A DNA stretch of 64,000 bases from Octopus bimaculoides. Taxonomy: Eukaryota. This document shows, piece by piece, positions 27,729 to 38,300 of the stretch (positions within the stretch are counted from its first letter, which is position 1; each line of letters opens with the position of its first letter). The translations under genes and the position numbers were made by a program. The stretch spans positions 132,859,922 through 132,923,921 of the forward strand of contig NC_068984.1 of NCBI RefSeq assembly GCF_001194135.2, given 5' to 3'. The notes under the pieces were generated by a model. It was not told where the DNA came from and ran no database searches. It worked only from the letters and a program-made list of their open reading frames with translations.

Positions 27729-30700
27729 CTCATAGTATTCACTCCCATTCTCTACATTCTGAGTTAAACTTTGCCTGTCATTCTTTTAGTCGTCAGTAAA
27801 AAAAAGTATTAATCCAAAGCAGTGGGTTGGCAGAATTATCAGAGGTTTGAACAAGATGCCTTGGAATGTCTTTTCCATCTCTTTGTGCTTTGATAACATT
27901 TACAATGGCACTGATGCCAAGCTGGTGGCCTTCCTCTTTGATAAACATTGGTATCATGGGGAAGGGCAATTGCCAGTCTCCTTCAAAAAATTACTCAGGT
28001 CTGTGCATGCCGAAGCATGTCAACATTGATTGAGGAAGATCCCCAACCTTACTTTTTACAGTGTATACTTACAAGATTTATATCTACATCAGATATGAAT
28101 TAGTTTAGTTTTTATTTAGCATCAAGTGTCATTTAAAAAAGGTTCCTGGTTTGAATTTAATCTGGAATGATGTACAGATTCAGGAATGAGAAATTCTATG
28201 ACAATCAGAAAATAAACTGAATAAAACTTGGTAGATATGAATAATGTAAATATACACTCTAAAGATAAGTTAAACACTTCAGAAATTTGTGTTGCATGTT
28301 GATACTCCTGTGGAAGTGTCTCTGTCCCTATACAACAATGCATTACATGCTATAGTGAGGTATAGCTCCAAGTTTCAACAAATAAACTATAATCTGTATG
28401 TATTTTGTAGAGTATTGTTCTTGTAGCAAATTCTCTGCTATGTTGTAAGTAGATGGTTGTAAGTTTTTCACAGCCCCAACTCCATCAACTGAAATGATTG
28501 CATTGGTTGATTCTTCCAGGATATATAACTACACTCTAAAAGGTTTTTTCCTTCCTCTTTGTGAATGTTTACAATACAAGCCTCAATGCATCCTTGTGTG
28601 AGAGACTGAAAATATGTTCTGCCCACGTAGAATTTTATATATATATTTTTTTTCATAGATAATTAATCTTAAAAGTACAAATTAAGGGTTTCAGGGATTT
28701 CTTTTCTCTGATACACTATTTTCATCACTACTCTTTTACCCAAACTTTCATTGCCAGGGCCTCAATATTTTTATACCAGATGAGTTTCATATAAAATTTG
28801 TTGTCATTCAGAAACCTGATCAAATTACTCATAGTTGAGCAACCTTATTAACCTTCTAAACATATACAAGTTTACACGGTATATTTGTGTATGTACACTC
28901 GCATACACACACACACACAAGTGAAATTCTTTTTTTATAATAACAAATGCAGTTGCTTAAAATATATAATTGAACAGAAAAATGAGTAGAGCAGCAACTG
29001 ATTAATTTAGAAAATAATTTGATACCAGTTTGTTAAGCTGAGACTAAAATATTATGAAAGTGATTACAAGATAGCAAAGGAAATCCCTCCATCATGTTTA
29101 CTTACAAAAATGATCACCACCGTGACCATCATTTGTTTATTTGTCTTGATGAATTAACAAAACCCATGAAATAATGTTGTGCTAGCTATGTTAGAGTGTG
29201 TTCCCGATGAAGAATAACATTTCTACAGTTGTCTTGAAGCAGTTATGACGGTAAATGGTGGTGGTCCTAGGTATTACCCAGGCCAACGAATCATTCATGT
29301 TCATTGAACAAGCTTGAATAGCATCTAGAAATCAGCTAACAAATCAATTACTTCTTGCTAATTTTTTTTCCTACTTACAGATTGAATTGATTACACAATT
29401 CACACACGCTAAATAACGACCGTGTTAAAATCACATTAATATTAAGCAGTAAACAACTAATCCGGATTATGCCCATTGATATGCGTATACATACCCAACT
29501 GTTCGTTGAAAGGTCATCGAACTTTAAGTACACAAGATCTTTAGATGCCACCAGCAAGCCACAAATCAAGATTACTGTTCAACAGTAACTCTTAAACAGA
29601 AAATAGAAGTCTGACAATAGATGAGCACAACGTTTTTAAAGATATATAAGGAAATGAGAGGTAGTGACATTAACAGCGTATTAATAAGTAAACTGAAACT
29701 ATTTCAATGAACTACCAGTTCCTGACCAAGCACTATACATATGACAATTCCTAAGCTAAACAGCCACAGCTTAGCTAATCTACTGATTTGCTTTGGCGTA
29801 CTGAAGAAATAAGGGGTAGGGGTAAATTCATACTAAGCAGTGCACTGCATAACAATAGAATATGCAGCATAGATTGTTTAGTAACTGCTGATGTATACAG
29901 TTTAGAAAATCCATAAGAATAATAAATAAATAAATAAAATATCGAAGCGTAAGTTGATCTGATATTGCCCCAGAGGAAATAGTATTTTGTACATTTCAAG
30001 AGATTTGTGGGAACAATATATATATATATATATATCATAACTACAGGGTTTTACCCCCCAGACTTTGGGAGGTCAATATATAATTGTTGATAGTACAAAT
30101 AGTCAATTTAGGATTCAAATTACGAAGTGCTAATTTTTAATCTAAATATATTTAATCCAAACTGAACTACTCAAGTGACATACGTTCATTTCTATCAGCT
30201 GTTCCGAGCAACAAGGCTTTACAGCAAGATGTTCTCAAAAGACATCTGTACTTCTGTTTTTTCTTTTTTAGAATGTTTATAAGAAGTAAGAAATACAATT
30301 AATGAAACTTCGACGTGGGGGAAAAATACCCCCAGAATAAACTGGGCCCAAATGCAAACCACTTCAATTTTGAAATGCGACAGTGGTTATAAATCGGAGG
30401 TAGCCATAAAGGTAATTAATAATTTCAAGCATAAATTAGAGCAATAATCGTTTCTTTAGAGAATATTTGTTGATATTAAGGGATTAGGCAAACCAAAATA
30501 TTTTTATTTTTTAGTTTTAATGTGTATTAGACTCAAATAATAAATTATATCTAACATATTAACCATAAATTCTTAAAAACTGGATCAGTGACTAAACATA
30601 TTGATCTAATCTAAAATGTTGGTTACTCAGGCAATTAAACAAGGTTCTAACAGAATTTAAATCCAGAGGAATGTCGAATTTAAAAAGAAGACACTATTTA

Positions 30701-31460
30701 TACTTGGAATTAGATTAGAAGGCTGCCACTAATTCTAGTTTAACTAAAAATGGTTATGAATTCTTGTAGAACAGAAGAAAGAAAAAAAGGGCGAGGGAGA
30801 GAGAGAATGCAACTACCATCACAAGCATATCCTCAGAGAATAAATAACCCAGGTAAGGTATACAACAGGCAACGAAACCTAAACATATTGAGGGAGGAAA
30901 AATATTCGTGCTTATACTCCAGGTGAGGTACTGCAGTTTATTATTATTTTTTTTTTAATTAGATGAAAATAAATTAATAACTAAATCAGACCAACATAGA
31001 CTGAAGTGCAAATAAAATAAAGGCCCTGATTTTTGTAGTTGTCAATTTGAAGAAGGTGGTACGAAATCTGTATTAAGTATAAGATGTGCAGCTGCTATTA
31101 AAATTGTGCAGTGACGGCAAAGATACCTCGACAATGGTAGACAATATTCATTGCAAGACAGAGCAGTAAATAGAAGCGGAGGTGAAGAATTCCCAGATCT
31201 CATCGACAGTCAAGAAATCTGCTGGAAGAGGCGCTAGTGATCTGGGTAGTTCGTCTACTTCCATTTTTAGAGGTGGCACTCAACAAACAAGACAAATCGG
31301 TCAGGAAGCTGAATAATGATGATAGTAACACATAACTGAAGATGATAACTTGTTGTGGAATGGTAACGAGTACAACAAAAAATCGGTAAAGGAATTGGCT
31401 TTGAAAGGGCGACAGTTTGTGATCAACAAACCCCGTATGTGTGTGTGTGCGTATATATAC

Positions 31461-31465
<5 letters not shown>

Positions 31466-31543
<78 letters not shown>
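31466..31543. repeat. (GT)n microsatellite
   Basis: Directly visible. Confidence 0.95.
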
Positions 31544-31547
<4 letters not shown>

Positions 31548-32301
31548 CATACACACATACAGATACATATACATAAAGGGTAACGAAGAGAAGCTATTTG
31601 ACATCGCAGTCAGTGATAGCAGAAATAATCCAGTGTTATACAACAAATGTAAATCTACAGACAGGGAAGACTGACATGAATTATCCGATGTAGTGTGGGT
31701 GTTCAACCCGAGAACTGGCACCTCTATGCATCGAGCACTGACTGGTAGAGAAAAAAAAATGTAATTACTGCAAAAAGAAGCAGACAGACACTTAGAGAAT
31801 GATTCCCAGACATGACCAAACAAGCATCGAAAATGTACATTGATAAATTAGCTAGAAACCGCTCACCATATTCGAAGGGAAATCCCTGTAGCTGTCCTAG
31901 GTGAGAAAAGGGAGACTTGGTAGTGATCGTCGTCGTCCTGTCTTCTCGCCAAATTTGTTTTACAAAACTGCGGTGTTTCCAAACGATTTAATCTTAGTCT
32001 TTTGGCACAGAAGCCTGAACTACAACTACAGAATAATGATAGAGGTGGAGACGGCGACACTTGATGCTGCTATGGTGGTAGTATATGTGTTAGTGAAGCA
32101 GTGGGAGGAGATTCGCTTTGCTTTATTTGTCTGGCTCCGACTCTGCGTTGACTTCTCATCACATCCGGGCACCATATATATCTATACATATATATATATA
32201 TGTGTATACATACATATACATACACACATGTGCGCGCTCGCGCACATATACACACACGCACACTGAACTCGTCGCTATTGCGCAGACGTTAACATTGATA
32301 A

Positions 32302-32328
32302 CTTCCTTTTTACGCTGGCAAAATGGCG
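32302..32328 (+). promoter_or_regulatory. 5'TOP/TCT initiator of EEF1G, plus YY1-like site over the ATG
   Basis: CTTCCTTTTT at 32302-32311, 21 nt before the ATG. AAAATGGCG at 32320-32328. Local CpG enrichment over about 31860-32400. Confidence 0.75.
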
Positions 32329-32334
32329 AGTGGG
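32323..32334 (+). CDS. EEF1G: EEF1G exon 1 (MASG)
   Basis: ATG GCG AGT GGG followed by donor gtgcgt; in frame with exon 2. Confidence 0.88.
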
Positions 32335-35300
32335 GTGCGTTTTGAATCATGTTCCTATTCTCATCCGGTTTCTGTTTGGCAATCATTCTTTAATTTCATT
32401 TTCTAATCATATTGTTGCAATTTTCTATTCCAGTGTTATATATTTTTATAATTATTTTCATAATCCATTGTGTTTCAGACCCTTTATACTTATCCGGATA
32501 ATTTCCGAGCTTACAAAATCCTCATTGCCGCAAAATACAGCGGTGCAAACTTGACAGTTGCATCATCTCCGCCGGCTTTCCAGTTTGGAGAAACTAATAA
32601 ATCCAACGTGTTTTTGGAGAAATTCCCTCTTGGAAAAGTATATACATTTCTTTTTCACCTTTAGACATATTCGGGGAAACTTATTTTTGTATAACATTCA
32701 GTTCATAACATCAGCAAATGTTCAGTGTGTTCGTGTATGATACGTATGTATGCATGTGTGTATATATATGTATCCATGTAAATTTGTCTGCATGTGTGTA
32801 ATCGAATTGCAAAAAGAAGTCATTGAGAAGATTACAGTTCTTCATTGATTCTGTGCTCTTGTTACACGTCATAGTTCTTTCGGCACTATCATGCTATTGT
32901 GTTCAGTCATGGCTTTATTTCGTTTTCATAGTCGACCAAGAACTATTTTATAACTGATACATATTTGTGTGACGTTGATCACTAAGTATGTTGCATGTTA
33001 CTATTCCTAGAAATCTAGGAATTGCCATTTTGCTAAAGTCCAGTATGGAATAACTGTCTTAGAGTGATTGAAAAATACACCTTGCGAATGGTTATCATTT
33101 TCACAAAATTTCTTCCTCAAATAAGAATTACATTGATATACATAAAACTTGCCCAGTTTGAGCAAATAAGGAATATCTTCCCTGAGGACTAGTAACCCAA
33201 TTGTATGACTTGGTGAATATCTGCAATTGACATGGCCTCCCCAATTTTTTTTTTTTTTTACAAAAGATTTTTCTTTAAAAAAAGAAAGCGATCTTTGGGA
33301 TTTGTTGGTGTGGAAAAAGTCGCCCAGGTTACTTCCTCAACGACTCTTGCGAAGCCAGCAGGGGATGCAAAGGTTCAACCGATGTGCGGGATGCTGGGTA
33401 GTTTCTAGTATACATAGAAATAATGTCGGCATTGAATTCTGAAATTCATTGAGATACGAAGTGAAATTCAATGTGAGTTGAGTGTGTCCCAGGCTGGCAG
33501 TCTCATACAACAATACTGTGAGTATAATGGTAACCTAAGAAAACTGGGTAAAAAAACTCATGTCGATGTATATTGCTTAATATATGTTTATTCAGAGAAA
33601 CAAATTTGATGATGATTTCCTCTTTGTATTACCATGTGTATTATTTTTCTTCAGGTCCCTGCTTTTGAATCATCAACAGGGGAATGCTATTTTGAAAGTA
33701 ATGCAATTGCTCATCTTGGTAAGTCTAATATTTCAGTTGATTCCCTGAACCCTGCATTTTCTTGTTTATATATGAATCTATAATGTATATAACCTCTATT
33801 TTTTAGTGGGATCTGCTCAGTTAAGAGGTACTTCTGTTGAAGATGCTACTTGTATCCTTCAGTGGATCAACTTTGCTGATAATGAGATCTTGCCTGCATC
33901 TTGCACATGGGTATATCCATGTCTTGGCATTATTCAGTTCAACAAGCAGGTATGAAACTAATACTTGAAAAAATTGTTCTATGACTGGAAGTTTTTCTAA
34001 TGTTTCCCCATAATTAAAATTAAATAAAATACAGTGAAACTTGAGGGGCTATGCTAGTGAATGTCACCTGTCATGTTTTTGTAAATGGGTATTTAGTTCT
34101 GTATTTCTGTATAGCCTGGCTGATTTCAAATGTTTTACATTCTTCTGGATCAAGTCTGATTTAGTGTACAATTATTTTAATAAACCAAGTACTCAAAAGC
34201 TTATAAAAAGGTACTTGTGTCTTTGGGGGGAAACTAAGAGTTAAGAAGTGAGACTATTTGGTTTCAAGATGAATTTTTACCATAAACATTTGGCTGTTAT
34301 ATATTAATTCAGGTTACTGAATGATGCTAACTCTAAAATAAAAGTTCTTGCTATTTATGTAAATCTCTGAAACCTATCATACACCAATGGGTGAGATTTT
34401 TATGTGAATCTTCTGTTTCAGGATGTTTATTGTTTTAATGTCCATCCACTTTTTCATGCTTGCATGGGTCAGTTTATTGAGACAAAATTTCTCTGGCTTG
34501 ATGCCCTTTTTGTCACCAATCCTCAGCTGTTTCTATGTAAGGAAACACTTCTCCATGACCAGGCAATGTTTTTGCAGAATATGGAAATGAATGATATTGT
34601 TTGTATGATAGTAACACTCATGACTATCTTGATGTTGAAGACAAGGAAACAAACTCACATATATGTAGATGTATGCCAGGTTTTTTTTCAGTTTTTATCT
34701 TTCAAGTCCACTCACAAGGGTTTGGTCAATTCAGTACTAGTAGCAGACACTTGCCCAAAGTGTTACGCCTTGAGACTGAACCCAAAACCATGTGATTGAG
34801 AAGCAAACTTAACCATACAGCCACGTCTGTGTCTGTCTTCTGTGTTTTTATTTGAATTTAACATGAGTATTTAATACATGACAATACAAGGTTCATGTTG
34901 TTTTATGTGTATTTAGTAGTTAATTCTAATTTCATTTTTGATTCTAGGCAGTGAGAGAGATGTAGTTTCATAGCTTTGGTGGACTGGTATGCAACTTGTA
35001 GATATAGTGACCTTTTTTAAAAGAAATATAACTCAAACAATTAGATGATATGTATGTCCTGATTAAAAAATTGGTTGCTCCACTAATTAACAGTATGAAG
35101 AAGCTTAAAATTAAGTAAATTTATTGTATTTTAGTTCCTTTCATCCTGCTCAATCTACTTATATTCTCTGTCCTGTAACTTGGGGGGGGGGGGGATACTT
35201 GGAAAGAAATCTTTCCAACTGGTAATAACCATGTATTTTGCCTAGAGCAAGACACCTGTTCCTGTCCCTTGAATGTCTCACGACTATAATCCATCCTAGT

Positions 35301-38300
35301 TTGTGACTGCTGGTGCCATGTGAAAACTACTCAGTACATTCTGTAAAGTGGTTGGCATTAAGAAGGGTATCTAGCTGTAGAATGCCAAAGCAGACAGTTT
35401 GGTGCAGTTTTTTTTTTTACTTGCTGGCTCCTGTTGAGCCGTCCAACCCATGTCATCATGAAAAACATTAAATGATGGTGATAACAGGGAGGGTGCCTTT
35501 TATGCATGGGGGTATGTAGTGGAGTTTCATGGGTAAAGGTTTCTATGAAACCTTATGATTGATTAAAAAATTATATTATAACACTTTGTTTTTTCTATTT
35601 TACAGGAAACTGAAAAGGCCAAGGAACAAATCAAGAAAGTATTGACTGTTCTCAATCAGCATCTACAAACACGTACATTCTTAGTAGGTGAAAAAATCAG
35701 TCAGGCTGATATTACTGTATGTTGCAATATGTTGCAGCTCTATAAGCTGGTAAGCACTTGTTATAAGCTATGACATTCTCCTAATTGATGTTGTGCCTGA
35801 ATAATGATTGATGGAATAATACATTTTTTTAAATGTAAAAATTTAATGTACTTCGTTAACGGTTGCTTAGTCACATATTTTTATCGTTTTAAAATCTATT
35901 TTTCCATTGGGTGACAGCCCTCACCAGTTTTCATTAGTCAGTTGGTAAAATGTCGATTAGCTTTCGAGGAACTGGATTGAATTATTATTATTATTTTTTT
36001 TTTTTTTTTTTGCTGTAGCTGATTGTACAGTATTGCTTGTTTAACACCAGGTCAACTGATATCATATGCATTCCGGCCTGGATAGTCCTGTGTTTTTAAC
36101 AGTGTTCGGGGCTGCATTATGAAATGTCCTTTCCTTATTGAAAAAAAATGGGTTATTTGAGAGGAATTTAGTTGTATGGTACAAGGTTGTGAGCACCTGG
36201 AATATAATTTAAAATATTTGGCTATTTTAATAATTTATGTACGGGAGACAACTCTAAACATGTTTTAGTCTTATTTGATTTCTGTGAAGGAAAATCTAAA
36301 TGTGTATATTTAAAAAATAATACGCACATTATTCAGATTATGAAATGTAGCAGTTGATTTTGAGATGTTACTTTTGAAATACTAATTTTCTAGCTAGGTG
36401 GGTGTCCATATTTATTATATTGTATGAAGTTTAAATCAAGATTGAATGCTTAGATTCCATGTTAAAACATTAATATGTAATGAATTATTAACTGTTTATT
36501 GATAAGGGTGTTCAGTATATTTTTAATTTCCCCATCACGATTTTAAATTCTATTGTGAAAAGTTTATTGAAGTTGAATTTTTACAGTGATTGATACTTAA
36601 TTGTGACTTTTTTTGCCTTAGGTTCTAGACCCTGAATTCCGTAAAAGTTACATAAATGTTAATAGGTGGTTTACTACCATGATCAATCAGCCTCAAGTGA
36701 AATCTGTTATTGGGACTTTTAGTTTCTGTACTAAGATGGCACAATTTGATGGTAAGATATGCTTCTATTTGCTGTATTTTAAAACTAACCTATGTAGCAA
36801 TTTTTTTAGTTCTTAGTTTCTCCTGTTCTGTCAATAGTTGTAAAATTTATTTTATAAGCTAAAAAAACGTTCTCATTACTGAATATTAATGGGTTCTGGT
36901 GGTAAAATGTTTTAATGTTCTCCCAACTTTTTCCAAATGTTTATCAGCTAAGAAGTATGCAGAAATCCATGGTCAGGGAAAGAAGGAAAAGAAAGAGAAA
37001 CAACCAAAGGTTGAAAAAGCTCCTCCAAAACCTAAAGTAAGTATCCATTTTGTCTTGTTCCTTTAAACATGTTGAAGTGGTTGTTCCTCGTTTTGATATA
37101 TTTAGTAACTCGTTCTAAAGGAAATGACTGCTCGTTTATTGCAGTAAAAGTGTTTGTGCTCTCTCGTTTGCAAATGTCCACTTACTTGTCTCCCTTCTCG
37201 GGTCAGTATTTAATCATGAAATTGTGATTAATGTAATTACAATCAACTTGGTTTTGCTTATCAGGGAAGGAAACAACCTTGATGTACAAATGGTTTAGAT
37301 AGCTCATGCTCAGTTTGGATGTAAATTTTGGGCGAAATTTTCTGTGCAGTTATCTGGATAATTTGTAAATATTGTCTGTTCTAATTGTTGAATGAGGTGT
37401 ATTTGAGGTTTGTTGTTAGCAATTGCTCAGAAGTGGAGCATGAATGCTCAGTTTGACAAACACCTATTTTCTAAAAGTGTTCATGAAATTTCGATGTAAC
37501 AACTGTTTGATGATTTGATGTATCAGAATGAAGATTTTGTTTTAGTAGCATAACTGATTATACTTTCTGTTTTAGGAACCGAAAGCAGGATCTGGTGACG
37601 AGTTAGAAGCACCACCAGCACCCAAAAGAGAAGATCCGTTTGCTAAGCTCGATAAAGGGTAAGAGAAACTTATTACTCTGTTAATGAACTAAAATTTCTA
37701 AAAAGAATATTTCTTGTGTATTTAAAGAATCAATTTGAACATAGGCATTTTATTCAGATTACAGTTGAGAAGTTATCTAACCTGAATATGTTCATCTAGA
37801 GTTAAGCATAAACTATTAAACTTTTATTTTGAGTGTTAAGTCTTTGATAATCTCGATTTTTCTTCAATAACCTATTACATTTGGTGTAATGGCTGTCAAC
37901 TTCACTAAAATCCTGCAACACTTTGTACATTTGCTTATTCTATTAATGTATTGAAGTCCTTGTTTTAATCCCTTTTGTCTGTATTGAGCACAACTATTCC
38001 TCTGTTGGTATTGTATTCTTATTTGTTTTATTTCAGGACTTTCAACATGGATGAGTTCAAGCGTTCATATTCCAACAATGACACAAAAACTGTTGCCCTT
38101 CCATACTTCTGGGAACATTTTGATAAACAACATTATTCCATCTGGCTTTCAGAATACAAATATGATTCTGAGTTGACTTATGTCTTTATGTCAGCTAATT
38201 TGATCAGAGGTGAGATATTTGCCTTCTCTTTTTCTGTTTAGCTCATTTGCATTTAAACTGGCTTTATCAGGCTCAAGTATTCTACCTGTTTTATATTCAC

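Noticed and set aside
29324-29409. Possible 30-nt minus-strand microexon joined across a 54-nt intron (ACVNCVINSIYAIQACSMNMND...)
   Set aside because: The intron is very short, the same site reads equally well as a plus-strand acceptor, and the peptide is unrecognisable.
31200-31823. 207-aa minus-strand ORF, the longest in the track
   Set aside because: It runs through a (CA)n array, has no recognisable domain and has a non-ATG start; not supportable as a CDS.
33303-33575. Specific assignment of the intron-2 hairpins to U17/SNORA73, U12, RNase MRP or telomerase RNA
   Set aside because: Only short partial matches. The diagnostic motifs are missing: U17 m1/m2, the U12 5' end, MRP CR-V and the CTAACCCTAA template.
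37507-37557. TTGATGA...CTGA, a C/D-box-like pair in EEF1G intron 7
   Set aside because: The CTGA lies 18 nt from the 3' splice site and is better explained as the branch point; there is no terminal stem.
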